Assembly (NCBI GenBank): GCA_963830475.1
Contig: CAWHMX010000009.1
Coordinates: 588,061-652,060 of the forward strand
DNA from: an uncultured Solirubrobacterales bacterium
Lineage (GTDB): Bacteria > Actinomycetota > Thermoleophilia > Solirubrobacterales > Solirubrobacteraceae
Length of the DNA: 64,000 bases
Direction of reading: 5' to 3'
Made by a program: the position numbers and the translations under genes. Numbering within the stretch: the stretch's first letter is position 1; each line of letters opens with the position of its first letter. Below are positions 21,418 through 35,102 of this stretch, in pieces. The notes beneath the pieces were generated by a model, which was not told the DNA's origin, ran no database searches, and worked only from the letters and a program-made list of their open reading frames with translations.

Positions 21418-21601
21418 GTGGTGCCTTCGAAAATCCGCCGACATTCGAGTGGCCCCCAGTGGCGCCGGGGTACGTCCTCGTCGCCTCGCGCAGCGCTGCT
21501 GCGCCACGGCTCCTGCGTCCTGCCCCGGCCTCCACTGGTGACCCCTCTCGGTGTCGCCGTATTTCCGACGCACCACTAACGAGACGAGGCAAGGAACTCA
21601 C

Positions 21602-25753
<4,152 letters not shown>

Positions 25754-25760
25754 ACGTCCA

Positions 25761-25803
25761 GGGGTGACTTTGGCGGCCACGTGGTCGCCAAAGTCGGGCC
25801 CCC
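25761..25803 (+). repeat. Palindromic intergenic repeat, copy B
   Basis: GGGGTGACTTTGGCGGCCACGTGGTCGCCAAAGTCGGGCCCCC, 7 nt after the rpoC stop. 13-bp stem (one G-T pair) with loop ACGT. Confidence 0.75.
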
Positions 25804-25814
25804 AGGCCGATTCA

Positions 25815-25848
25815 CCGGGCTGCTCATCCCGCTAGATGAGCAGCCCGG
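25815..25848 (+). terminator. Perfect 14-bp hairpin downstream of rpoC (no T-tract)
   Basis: CCGGGCTGCTCATC (25815-25828), loop CCGCTA, GATGAGCAGCCCGG (25835-25848). Confidence 0.45.
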
Positions 25849-25938
25849 ACAGGCGTCACTTGTAGTCCAGGTAGACATTCAGTCTCGGCCGTTGGCTCGA
25901 CCGCGACAAACGGCCCGCTCCCGGGTTATACGTGCACC

Positions 25939-26745
25939 ATGGATGAGCTGTCGATGCAGCCCGTCGTCGCGCGGCCCTCGGTCGAGACGGTCAACGCCCA
26001 CCACTGGCCGAGCCGGCGGCAGGCGCGTCGGCGGACGCGGCGACAGCTTGGGGTCGGTGAGCTGACGCTTCTGGTCAGCTACCGGCGAGCCCTGGCAGGA
26101 GCGGTCCTCGAGCTCGGGTCGCGTGGCGACCAGCTGACGGCGTTGCTCGCCGCGCAATCGCACTCGCTGATCGGGCTGGGGCGCTCGACCCCGACCGTCG
26201 AGCTGTGCCGGTCGTTGCACCCAACAGCCAGGTTCCTGGAGCGTGACATCCGCGACCTCGATTCCTTCGAGGACGGCCAGTTCGCGGCGGTCGTCGTCGG
26301 ACATGCCGAGATCGACCTGCTGGGCGACGCCCAGCGCCGGTTGCTGCTCGATCGCCTACGGCGAATCCTCGGGCCGGACGGCGTGTTGATCTTCTCCTCA
26401 CACAACCTCGGCTGCGAGTCGCTGGTGCCGCCTCCTGGCCACCATCTCGGGTTCAACCCGCTTCGGGCGATCCCGCGGCTCGCGAAACTGCCGCGCGGAC
26501 TGGGTAACCGCGCCCGGCTCGGCCGTCTGCAAGAGCGCGAGCACGGCTTCGCGATCCTCAACACCCCCGCGGAGGACTACTCGCTGCTGCATTACCACGT
26601 CTCCCGCGACGCGCAGGAGCGTCAGCTCGGCCAGCACGGGTTTCTGCTGCTCGAATGCCTGGCCCCAGACGGCGCCCGCGTCGACGAGGGCTCGTTCGCC
26701 TACCGCAGCCGCCAGCTTCACTACGCGGCGACACCCGGGCTGTGA
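25939..26745 (+). CDS. Class I methyltransferase-fold protein (degenerate SAM motif I)
   Basis: ..AVLELGSRGDQL..RFLERDIRDLDSFEDGQFAAVVVGH..LRRILGPDGVLIFSSHN. Motif I reads G-S-R-G-D rather than GxGxG. Confidence 0.6.
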   Translation: MDELSMQPVVARPSVETVNAHHWPSRRQARRRTRRQLGVGELTLLVSYRRALAGAVLELGSRGDQLTALLAAQSHSLIGLGRSTPTVELCRSLHPTARFLERDIRDLDSFEDGQFAAVVVGHAEIDLLGDAQRRLLLDRLRRILGPDGVLIFSSHNLGCESLVPPPGHHLGFNPLRAIPRLAKLPRGLGNRARLGRLQEREHGFAILNTPAEDYSLLHYHVSRDAQERQLGQHGFLLLECLAPDGARVDEGSFAYRSRQLHYAATPGL

Positions 26746-26828
26746 AGCGACTCCGCACCGCCTAGTGACCACTAGCATCTGAGCTTGGGCTCACCGGCCG
26801 GCGAGCTTCACGAACCCCAGGAGGGATA

Positions 26829-28457
26829 TTGGCAACCACCGAGGTCGCGGATCCCGTCCGCGCGGTGTTCAATCAGCCGCCGCCGCTGGAGCCGTTGAAC
26901 CTGTTCGACGCCGACCAGGCGCTCCGCGAGGCAGTCGAGCGCGAGGGTGGAGGTTGGGGCGCCGACAGCGCGCGCGAGGCGGGCGCGGTCGCGGGCAGCT
27001 CCGAGGCCCGCGAGCACGCGCGCCGGGCCGAGCGCAACGAGCCGATCCTCCGGACCCACGACCGCTATGGACATAGGATCGACGAGGTCGAGCTCGACCC
27101 CTCCTGGCACTGGCTGCTGCAAGGGGCTGTCGAACGGGGGATGGCGGGGCTGCCATGGAGTGACGGGCGCACAGGGGCGCATGTCGTCCGCGCCGCTCTG
27201 TTCAGCCTCTGGGGCCACCTCGACGACGGCGTCATGTGCCCCGTGTCGATGACCTGCGCCGCGGTCCCGGCATTGCGGGACGGAGCCCCGGGACTCGCCG
27301 CCGAATGGGAGCCCCGGCTGTCGGCGCCCGACTACGTGAACGGCGCGCTGGCGGGGATGGCAATGACCGAGCGCCAGGGCGGCTCGGACATGCGCGCCAA
27401 CATTACGCGCGCGGTGCAAGACGGCGATGGGCTCTACCAGCTCGATGGCCACAAGTGGTTTTGCTCCTACCCGCCATGCGATGTTTTCCTGGTGCTGGCG
27501 CAGGCGAGCGGCGGGCTCTCCTGTTTCCTTGTTGAGCGCGGCCCGGGGATCGAATTCCAGCGACTCAAGCGCAAGTTGGGAACCCGGTCACTGCCGTCCT
27601 CGGAGGTCGAGTTCCACGGCGTCGTCGGCAGGCTTGTCGGCGAAGAGGGCCGCGGCGTTTCCGCGATCATCCCGATGGTCAACCACACCCGCCTGGACTG
27701 CATGCTGGGGGCGGTCACCACGTATCGCCGTGGGACCGTCGAGGCGATCCATCACGCGCGTCACCGTTCCGCGTTCGGCGCCCCGCTGATCGAGCAGCCG
27801 GCGATGCTCGCCGTCTTGGCCGACCTGGCGCTCGAGTCCGAAGCGGCCACCGTTTCGGCGCTCCGTGTCGCCCGCGCGTACGACGACGGCGATGAGTCGC
27901 CGCTGTTCCGGAGGTTCGCGACCGCGGTCATGAAGTACTGGCTCTGCAAGCGCGCGGCGGGCCACGCGGCCGAGGCGCTCGAATGCCTGGGTGGTAACGG
28001 CTACGTCGAGGACTCCGGGATGCCCGCGGTCTACCGCGGCGCTCCGTTGGGCTCGATCTGGGAGGGCTCGGGCAACGTCGTTGCCCTGGACGTCCTGCGG
28101 GCGCTGGTTCGGGAACCGGAGGGCCTGCCGGCGTTCCTCGCCGAGTGCGAACTGGGGGCCGGCGCCGACGCCCGGCTCGACGAGCATCTCGAGCGGGTTC
28201 GCGACCACGCCGACTCGTTGCTCGGGGCGCTCCGCGGCGGCGAGGACGACCAGGCGCTCGCTCAGAGGAGCGCCCGCCGGCTGGCCGAGGACCTGGCGCT
28301 GTCGCTCCAGGGGTCGCTTCTGGTGCGCCACGCGCCAGCGCCGGTCGCGGACGCCTTCTGCGCCGCGAGGCTGGCGGGAGAGGGAGGCCGGGTCTATGGA
28401 ACTCTGCCCGCCGGCATCGACGCTAGGGGAATCGTCGACAGGGCGCTGCCTGCTTGA
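26829..28457 (+). CDS. AidB-like acyl-CoA dehydrogenase family protein
   Basis: ..DRYGHRIDEVELDPSWHWLL..CPVSMT..MTERQGGSDMRANIT..DGHKWFCSYP..GGNGYVEDSGM... TTG 26829 after AGGAGGGA. Confidence 0.85.
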   Translation: MATTEVADPVRAVFNQPPPLEPLNLFDADQALREAVEREGGGWGADSAREAGAVAGSSEAREHARRAERNEPILRTHDRYGHRIDEVELDPSWHWLLQGAVERGMAGLPWSDGRTGAHVVRAALFSLWGHLDDGVMCPVSMTCAAVPALRDGAPGLAAEWEPRLSAPDYVNGALAGMAMTERQGGSDMRANITRAVQDGDGLYQLDGHKWFCSYPPCDVFLVLAQASGGLSCFLVERGPGIEFQRLKRKLGTRSLPSSEVEFHGVVGRLVGEEGRGVSAIIPMVNHTRLDCMLGAVTTYRRGTVEAIHHARHRSAFGAPLIEQPAMLAVLADLALESEAATVSALRVARAYDDGDESPLFRRFATAVMKYWLCKRAAGHAAEALECLGGNGYVEDSGMPAVYRGAPLGSIWEGSGNVVALDVLRALVREPEGLPAFLAECELGAGADARLDEHLERVRDHADSLLGALRGGEDDQALAQRSARRLAEDLALSLQGSLLVRHAPAPVADAFCAARLAGEGGRVYGTLPAGIDARGIVDRALPA

Positions 28458-28510
28458 GCTGTGCGGGCGAGATACGCTTGCCGTACGAGAAACGGCGAGG
28501 GAGCACTGAG

Positions 28511-29905
28511 ATGTCGACGATCACGAACGCAACTGAGACAAGTGAGGCCACGCTGCAGGAGCAGGGGCGCCGGCACTTGTGGCTGCACTTCAGCCGGATG
28601 GGCTCTTACGACGACGATCACGAGATCCCGATCATCGTCCGCGGCGAGGGCTGCTACGTCTGGGACGAGCATGGCAAGCGCTACCTCGACGGCCTGTCGT
28701 CCCTGTTCTGCGTGAACATCGGCCACGGGCGCGCTGACATCGCCCAGGCCGGCGCCGATCAGGCCAAGGAGCTCGGCTTCTTCACGAACTGGTCCTATGC
28801 GCACCCGCGGGCGATCGAGCTCGCGACCAGGGTCGCGTCGCTGGCGCCGGGTGACCTCAACCGGGTGTTCTTCACCAGCGGCGGCAGCGAGGCAGTCGAG
28901 TCCGCGCTGAAGCTCGTCCGCCAGTACCACAAGCTGACCGGTCACCCGAACAAGACCAAGGTGATCGCGCGCGAGATCGCATATCACGGGACCAGTCTCG
29001 GCGCCCTCTCGGCGACCGGGATCACCGCCTTGCGCGAGCCGTTCGAGCCGCTCACCCCGGGTGGCTGCCACGTGCCCAATACGAACCTCTATCGGTTGTC
29101 GGCGCACATGGACCCCGCCGACCTCGCCGAGGCGTTCAAGGACAAAATCGAGTTCGAGGGCCCCGACACGGTCGCCGCCGTGATCCTCGAGCCGGTACAG
29201 AATGCCGGCGGCTGCTTGACCCCGCCTGACGGTTACTTCCAGCGCGTGCGCGAAATCTGCGACGAGTATCAGGTCCTGCTGATCTCGGACGAGGTGATCT
29301 GCGCATGGGGCCGGCTCGGCGAATGGTTCGGCGCACAGCGCTACGGCTACGCGCCCGACATCATCACCACCGCGAAGGGGCTGACGAGCGCGTATGCGCC
29401 GATGGGAGCCGTGATCGTGTCCGACCGAATCGAGGAGCCGTTCCATGAGGGAACCACCAGCTTCGTGCACGGCTTCACGTTCGGCGGCCACCCCGTGTCG
29501 GCGGCCGTGGCGCTCGCCAACCTCGAAGCGCTCGAGGCCGAGGACGTGATCGACAACGTCCGCGCACATGAGGCGGAGTTCCGCGCGATGCTGGAGACGC
29601 TGCTGGATCTGCCGATCGTCGGCGACGTCCGCGGCGCGGGCTACTTCCAGGCGATCGAGCTTGTGAAGGACAAGGAGACCAAGGAATCGTTCAGCGACGA
29701 GGAGTCCGAGACGCTGCTGCGTGGGTTCCTGTCCGCGGAGCTCTACCGGCGTGGGCTGATCTGCCGTTCTGACGATCGCGGGGATCCCGTGATCCAGCTG
29801 TCGCCGCCGCTGATCGCAGGACCCGAGCAGTTTGCCGAGATGGAGTCGGTGCTGCGCCCGGTCCTGACCGAGGCGGGGGAGCGGATGCACGTCCTGGGGG
29901 CCTGA
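28511..29905 (+). CDS. Class III (omega-) aminotransferase, amine:pyruvate type
   Basis: ..HLWLHFSRMG..VRGEGCYVWDEHGKRYLDGLSSLFCVNIGHGR..FFTSGGSEAVESALK..ISDEVICAWGRLG..TTAKGLTSAY... ATG 28511 after GAGGGAG. Confidence 0.9.
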   Translation: MSTITNATETSEATLQEQGRRHLWLHFSRMGSYDDDHEIPIIVRGEGCYVWDEHGKRYLDGLSSLFCVNIGHGRADIAQAGADQAKELGFFTNWSYAHPRAIELATRVASLAPGDLNRVFFTSGGSEAVESALKLVRQYHKLTGHPNKTKVIAREIAYHGTSLGALSATGITALREPFEPLTPGGCHVPNTNLYRLSAHMDPADLAEAFKDKIEFEGPDTVAAVILEPVQNAGGCLTPPDGYFQRVREICDEYQVLLISDEVICAWGRLGEWFGAQRYGYAPDIITTAKGLTSAYAPMGAVIVSDRIEEPFHEGTTSFVHGFTFGGHPVSAAVALANLEALEAEDVIDNVRAHEAEFRAMLETLLDLPIVGDVRGAGYFQAIELVKDKETKESFSDEESETLLRGFLSAELYRRGLICRSDDRGDPVIQLSPPLIAGPEQFAEMESVLRPVLTEAGERMHVLGA

Positions 29906-29945
29906 CGGTTCACTCAGCGGACGCCGAAGGGAGAGGGGAGTTAGC

Positions 29946-31070
29946 TTGAAAGTTGGAGTTCCGACCGAGATCAAGGTCGACGAGTACCGGGTGGCGCTGA
30001 CCCCGGCAGGTGTCCGGGAACTCGTTGACGCGGGCCACGAGGTCCTCGTCGAGCGTGACGCCGGGCTTGGCTCGGCGATCGCCGACGAGGCATATATCGC
30101 GCAGGGTGCGGCGATCGTTCCCGACGCCGCGAACTTGTTCGGGGAGGCGGAGATGATCGTCAAGGTCAAGGAGCCGCAGCCTGGCGAGGTCGAGATGCTC
30201 GAGCCGCGTCATCTGCTGTTCACCTACCTGCATCTGGCGGCGGACGTCGAGCTGACCCGGGGGCTGATGCGCTCGGGTGCGACCTGCGTCGCCTACGAGA
30301 CGGTCGAGGACGCGCGGGGGAGGTTGCCGCTGCTGGCGCCGATGTCCGAAGTGGCCGGCAAGATCGCGACCCAGGCTGGCGCGTTCATGCTCGAGAAGCC
30401 GCTCGGCGGCCGCGGGATCCTGCTCGGAGGCGTGCCCGGGGTGTCGGCCGCGAACGTGATGATCATCGGGGGCGGGGTCGTCGGGATGAACGCTGCCTTC
30501 ATCGCACTCGGCATGGAGGCGACGGTCAACGTGTTCGACCGCTCGATCGACCGGCTGCGGGAGCTGGACATCGCCTTCAACGGGCGCGCCGACACGTGCT
30601 TTGCGACCACCCTGACGATCGAGGAGCAACTTCCGTCGGTCGATCTCGTCATCGGAGCCGTGCTGGTCACCGGCGCCAAGGCGCCGCACGTGATCACCCG
30701 CCGTCAGCTGCAATTGATGAAGCCCCAAGCGGTATTGGTCGATGTCTCGATCGACCAGGGAGGCTGCTTTGAGACCTCGCGGCCGACGACACATACAAAC
30801 CCGACCTACGAGGTCGACGGGATCACTCACTACTGCGTCACCAACATGCCCGGCGCGGTTCCGATCACCTCGACCTACGCGTTGACCAACGCGACGATGC
30901 CCTACGTCATCGGCCTCGCCACCCACGGCGTCGCCGACGCCGTTGCCGACAACCGCGGGCTGAAGCGCGGCGTCAACGTCGCGGCCGGGCAGGTCACGTA
31001 CGCGCCGGTCGCGGAGGCCGCAGGAGTCCCCTACGTCCCGGTGGACGAGGCGCTAGGGGTGACTGCGTGA
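29946..31070 (+). CDS. ald: Alanine dehydrogenase
   Basis: [36 protein letters not shown].. and NAD motif [15 protein letters not shown] start. Confidence 0.92.
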   Translation: MKVGVPTEIKVDEYRVALTPAGVRELVDAGHEVLVERDAGLGSAIADEAYIAQGAAIVPDAANLFGEAEMIVKVKEPQPGEVEMLEPRHLLFTYLHLAADVELTRGLMRSGATCVAYETVEDARGRLPLLAPMSEVAGKIATQAGAFMLEKPLGGRGILLGGVPGVSAANVMIIGGGVVGMNAAFIALGMEATVNVFDRSIDRLRELDIAFNGRADTCFATTLTIEEQLPSVDLVIGAVLVTGAKAPHVITRRQLQLMKPQAVLVDVSIDQGGCFETSRPTTHTNPTYEVDGITHYCVTNMPGAVPITSTYALTNATMPYVIGLATHGVADAVADNRGLKRGVNVAAGQVTYAPVAEAAGVPYVPVDEALGVTA

Positions 31071-31089
31071 CCATCGACCGGCCGGGCGG

Positions 31090-32559
31090 TCACGAAATCC
31101 CCTCGAAGCAGAGATACTTCAGCTCGAGGTAGTCATCGAGTCCGTGACGTGAGCCTTCGCGCCCGAGGCCCGATTCCTTGATGCCGCCGAACGGCGCGGC
31201 CTCCGAGGAGAACACGCCGCTGTTGATGCTGACGACGCCGAACTCCAGTTCCTCCCCGACCCGCCAGGCGCGCCCCAGGTCGCGGGTGAAGAAGTAGGCG
31301 GAAAGCCCGGAATCGGTGTCGTTGGCCAGCGCCACCGCGTCGGCCTCGGTCTCGAACTGGAAGACGGCGGCGACGGGACCGAACGTTTCCTCCTCGGCGA
31401 GCAGCATCTCGGGGCTGGCGCCGGTCAGCACGGTGGGCTCATAGAAGGTGCCGCCGCGGGCGTGGCGCTGTCCACCGAGCTCGATGTGGGCGCCCCGCGC
31501 CACCGCGTCGGCGACGTGACGCTCGACCTTCTCCACCGCCTCCTCGGTGATCAGCGGCCCCTGGGCGACGTCCGGTTCGAAACCGTCGCCGACCGCCATC
31601 GCGGCAGTAGCTTCGGTCAGCCGCTGGACGAACGCGTCATGAATCCCCGACTGCACGAGGATCCGATTGGCGCAGACGCACGTCTGGCCGGTGTTGCGGA
31701 ACTTCGAGGCCATCGCGCCGGCGACGGCCAGCTCGATGTCCGCGTCGTCGAAAACCACCAGTGGAGCGTTGCCCCCGAGCTCCAGCAGCACGCGCTTGAC
31801 CGTTGCCGCGCACTGCGCGGCCAACAGCTTGCCGACCACGGTCGAGCCGGTGAAGGTCAGCGCCCGGACGTCGGGATGTGAGGTCAGCACCGCTCCGACC
31901 TCGACGGGTTCTCCGTGAACGACATTGAAGACCCCGGCCGGAATTCCCGCCTCCTCCGCGAGCTGAGCCAGCGCGAGCGCCGACAGAGGGGTCTCGCTGG
32001 CTGGTTTCAGCACCATCGTGCAGCCTGCGGACAGGGCCGGACCGGCCTTGCGGAGGATCATCGCCGACGGGAAATTCCACGGCGTGATCGCCGCGCAGAC
32101 GCCGATCGGCTGCTTGAGCACGACGATGCGTCGGCCCTGGACGTTGGTCGGGACGACGTCGCCGTATGCGCGCTTGGCCTCCTCGGCGAACCATTCGACG
32201 AAGCCGGCGCCGTAGATCACCTCGCCGCGCGCCTCCGCCAGCGGCTTGCCCTGCTCCGCGGTGACGATCCGGCCCAGCTCGTCCGCGTGCTCGACGATCA
32301 GCTCATACCAGCGCCGCATGACCGCGGCGCGGTCCTTGGCCAACAACCGCGACCACTCGCGAAACGCGCGCTTGGCAGCGGCGATCGCCAGCTCGACCTG
32401 AGGTCCCGAAGCGCTCGCCACCGATCCGAGCAGCTCACCATTCGAGGGGTTGGAAACGGGAACCGGCTCGCCGTCGCCGGGAGTCCAGTGCCCGTCGATA
32501 TAGAGGTCCTCATGGAGGAGCGCGGCTGCCGCCTCCGACAAGCTACTCACACGCAGCAT
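31090..32559 (-). CDS. NAD(P)+-dependent semialdehyde dehydrogenase, GabD family (succinate- or alpha-ketoglutarate-semialdehyde)
   Basis: ..EQGKPLAEARGEVIYGAGFVEWFAEEAKR..ITPWNFPSAMILRK..ELGGNAP..FRNTGQTCVCANR..EETFGP... ATG 32559 lies inside track ORF 31090..32598. Confidence 0.9.
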   Translation of the reverse strand: MLRVSSLSEAAAALLHEDLYIDGHWTPGDGEPVPVSNPSNGELLGSVASASGPQVELAIAAAKRAFREWSRLLAKDRAAVMRRWYELIVEHADELGRIVTAEQGKPLAEARGEVIYGAGFVEWFAEEAKRAYGDVVPTNVQGRRIVVLKQPIGVCAAITPWNFPSAMILRKAGPALSAGCTMVLKPASETPLSALALAQLAEEAGIPAGVFNVVHGEPVEVGAVLTSHPDVRALTFTGSTVVGKLLAAQCAATVKRVLLELGGNAPLVVFDDADIELAVAGAMASKFRNTGQTCVCANRILVQSGIHDAFVQRLTEATAAMAVGDGFEPDVAQGPLITEEAVEKVERHVADAVARGAHIELGGQRHARGGTFYEPTVLTGASPEMLLAEEETFGPVAAVFQFETEADAVALANDTDSGLSAYFFTRDLGRAWRVGEELEFGVVSINSGVFSSEAAPFGGIKESGLGREGSRHGLDDYLELKYLCFEGIS

Positions 32560-32878
32560 CAGCAGTTTCCTTTCGATCGGCTGCCTCCGCCACCCCATTC
32601 ATGTGGCGGATTTCCATTCCGTTACGGACCCAGGTCACGCAGGCCCGAGTGTTGGGCACCCCGTCGACCACCACCAGGCATTCGAAGCAGACGCCCATCC
32701 CGCAGTACAGGCCGCGTGGGCTGCCGCCGCGTGTCGTCCGCAGCGCCGGCGACCCAGCACACGCGATCAGCGCCGCCGCGACCGTCTCGCCCAGGTGCGC
32801 CTGCACCGGGTCGCCGTCGACGGTCACGGTCACGGCGGCGCCGCGGCGGACGCCGGTCGGCAGCGGGCCTCGGCTCAC
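32543..32878 (-). CDS. (2Fe-2S)-binding small subunit (gamma-like) of heteromeric flavoprotein dehydrogenase
   Basis: ..VTVDGDPVQAHLGETVAAALIA..GLYCGMGVCFECLVVVDG..RACVT.., as in HcnA, opine oxidase or sarcosine oxidase N-terminal Fer2_4 domains. Its GTGA start overlaps the DapA-like stop. Confidence 0.75.
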   Translation of the reverse strand: MSRGPLPTGVRRGAAVTVTVDGDPVQAHLGETVAAALIACAGSPALRTTRGGSPRGLYCGMGVCFECLVVVDGVPNTRACVTWVRNGMEIRHMNGVAEAADRKETADAACE

Positions 32879-33837
32879 GCTGCCGTCCCATGGGCGCTGG
32901 TCGCCTCCGGCACCATGATCTGCTCCTCGATCAGGATCTCGCGGATCTGGCGGAGGTTGTCGGGGTCGGTGACCGGCAGCCGCGGTCGGCGCACGGTCCC
33001 ACCGGGCTGGCCGATCATCGCCATGATCGCCTTGAGCTGGCTCTGGTAGTGGCCGAAGCGCCCGCGCCAGCCGCCCGGCAGCCAGAGCTTCTCGAAGATC
33101 CTGTCGGTGCGAGCCGCATGTGCCTCACAGTAAGCGCCGTCGCCGCTCCAGTGCGCCTCCCAGAAGCGCGGGTCGTCGTTGTCGAGGATCGCGCCGCCTC
33201 CGACAAAGCCGTCGCCGCCGACCTCCTTGAGCGCCGCGTAGCCGGCGGTCGACATGAATGGGCCCAGCACCCGGACCCGGTCGACGACAGTTCGTGTCGT
33301 CTCGACGAACTGTTCGAAGTTGCCGGTGCTGTCCTTGATGGCGACGATCGGGTCGATCTCGACGAGCCGGGACGCAAGCGCTGGGCCGATGTCGACGTTC
33401 GTGCCGGGCGGCCAGTTGTAGATCATCAGCGGCGCCTGCGGCAGCGCCACGGCGATGTCCTCGAAGAACGCGACGATCTCATCGTCGAGCGGGCGGCTGT
33501 AGGCGGGGGCGCTCGAACCGACTCCGTCGGCGCCGACCGCCATGGCGTGCTCGGCGAGTCCAATCACCGACTGCGCCGTGTAATCGGTGCAGCCGATCAC
33601 GACCGGGATCCGCCCGGCGACGCGCCTGATCGCGGTCTCGGCGACAAGCCGACGCTCAGCCTGCGTTTGCGAGAACCACTCGCCGGTCGTGCCGTTGACG
33701 AACGCTCCGTGGATGCCGTGCTCGATGTAGTGATCGAGCAGCGCCTCCAGCAGGTCCAGCCGGAGCTCTCCGTCCTCCCCGTAAGGAGTTGGGCACGCCA
33801 CCCAATATCCCTGCCAGGAGACGTCATTGCGATCCAT
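32875..33837 (-). CDS. DapA/DHDPS-family lyase (pyrroline-hydroxy-carboxylate deaminase-like)
   Basis: MDRNDVSWQGYWVACPTPYGEDGELRLDLL..VNGTTGEW..IVAIKDSTG... ATG 33837 preceded by GGAGG. Confidence 0.85.
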   Translation of the reverse strand: MDRNDVSWQGYWVACPTPYGEDGELRLDLLEALLDHYIEHGIHGAFVNGTTGEWFSQTQAERRLVAETAIRRVAGRIPVVIGCTDYTAQSVIGLAEHAMAVGADGVGSSAPAYSRPLDDEIVAFFEDIAVALPQAPLMIYNWPPGTNVDIGPALASRLVEIDPIVAIKDSTGNFEQFVETTRTVVDRVRVLGPFMSTAGYAALKEVGGDGFVGGGAILDNDDPRFWEAHWSGDGAYCEAHAARTDRIFEKLWLPGGWRGRFGHYQSQLKAIMAMIGQPGGTVRRPRLPVTDPDNLRQIREILIEEQIMVPEATSAHGTAA

Positions 33838-33848
33838 CGGGTCCTCCT

Positions 33849-35102
33849 CTATGTGTGCGCGGGCACCGAGTCGCGCGCTCGGTCGGGGGCAAACTCGTCG
33901 GGAACCGGCGACGCGGCGGTCGGCGTGGCGATCGTCTCCGCCAGCATCCTCGCCATCAGTGGTCCCAGCGTAAAACCAGTGGTGGCCATGCAGGTGAAGT
34001 ACCCGGGAACCCGTCGCGACTCGCCGACCAATGGCGATAGGTCGTCGGTGAAGGCGATCGCACCCGACCATGTGCGCAGGAGCCGCACCTTGGCGAGCGC
34101 GGGCACGACACGGACGGCGACCGCAGTGTTTCCGGCGGTGCTTTCCCAGACTGTCCGGTAACGGCCGGCGGCGCCGAGCGGCTGCGCCGGCCAACCACCG
34201 CCGATGATGAAGGTGTCGTTCGAGGACTGCTTCAGTGTCAGTCGGCGTCCGATGTGTTGCACGAGCGGGGTGAGAAGCCGCTCGCTCGGCTCGGTCACGT
34301 TCACGTGGAGGCCCTCGCGCCGCATCGGATGACGCAGCCCCACGAACGCAGCCACCTCGTTGAGCCAGGCGCCGGTGGCGTTGACGATGCGGGCGGCGCG
34401 GACCGTGCCGCGGCCGGTCTGCACGGTGAAACCGGCGCCGTCAGGCCCGGCGATCGCGGTGACCGGTGCGTGGGTGCGGATCCCCGCACCCGACTGGGAG
34501 GCGCGCAGTGCGTACAGTGGCGCAGCGAGTAGCGGGTTGGCGTGACCCTCGAGCGGGCAGTAGCTCGCGCCGAGAAGGTCGGGGGCCAAATACGGCGCGA
34601 ACGACCGCAGTTCCTCGCCCTCGAGCACGTGGGTCTCGAGCCCTGCCTCTCGCTCGATCCGTCGCTTGGCGTGCAGCAGCGCAAGCTCCGAGTCGGTCTC
34701 GGCCACCATCAGTCCGCCCGTGACGTGCATCTCGACCGAGCCGTCGAGTTCGGTCTCGAGCTCGTGCCACAGCCTCGCCCCCTCCACATAAAGCCGGATC
34801 TCGGGCAGGAGGCGGTCGGCAACGGTGTCGACCTCGAGTCCCGTCAGCTGGTGAATCGCGATCTGCAGGTGGAAGCTGCCGGCGTTCGTGCCCGACGCCT
34901 CACGATTGAGCTCGCCACGCTCGAGCAGCGTCACCGCCACGCCGGCTCGCGCCAGGTAGTAGCTCAGCGCGCAGCCGATGACGCCGCCGCCGATCACGAG
35001 AACGTCTGTTTCGGCCGGGAGCGCCGCCTCGGTTTCGGTCAACGGCAGCCAGGCGACCGGTGCGTCAGGACGACAGCTTGGCGGGCGATGTGAAGAAGCC
35101 AT
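33849..35102 (-). CDS. FAD-dependent oxidoreductase, DAO family (beta-like subunit; OoxB/HcnC/LhpB-like)
   Basis: ..ETDVLVIGGGVIGCALSYYLARAGVAVTLLERGELNREASGTNAGS... Start is ATG 35102 or TTG 35126. It overlaps the upstream alpha-like gene end. Confidence 0.8.
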   Translation of the reverse strand: MASSHRPPSCRPDAPVAWLPLTETEAALPAETDVLVIGGGVIGCALSYYLARAGVAVTLLERGELNREASGTNAGSFHLQIAIHQLTGLEVDTVADRLLPEIRLYVEGARLWHELETELDGSVEMHVTGGLMVAETDSELALLHAKRRIEREAGLETHVLEGEELRSFAPYLAPDLLGASYCPLEGHANPLLAAPLYALRASQSGAGIRTHAPVTAIAGPDGAGFTVQTGRGTVRAARIVNATGAWLNEVAAFVGLRHPMRREGLHVNVTEPSERLLTPLVQHIGRRLTLKQSSNDTFIIGGGWPAQPLGAAGRYRTVWESTAGNTAVAVRVVPALAKVRLLRTWSGAIAFTDDLSPLVGESRRVPGYFTCMATTGFTLGPLMARMLAETIATPTAASPVPDEFAPDRARDSVPAHT

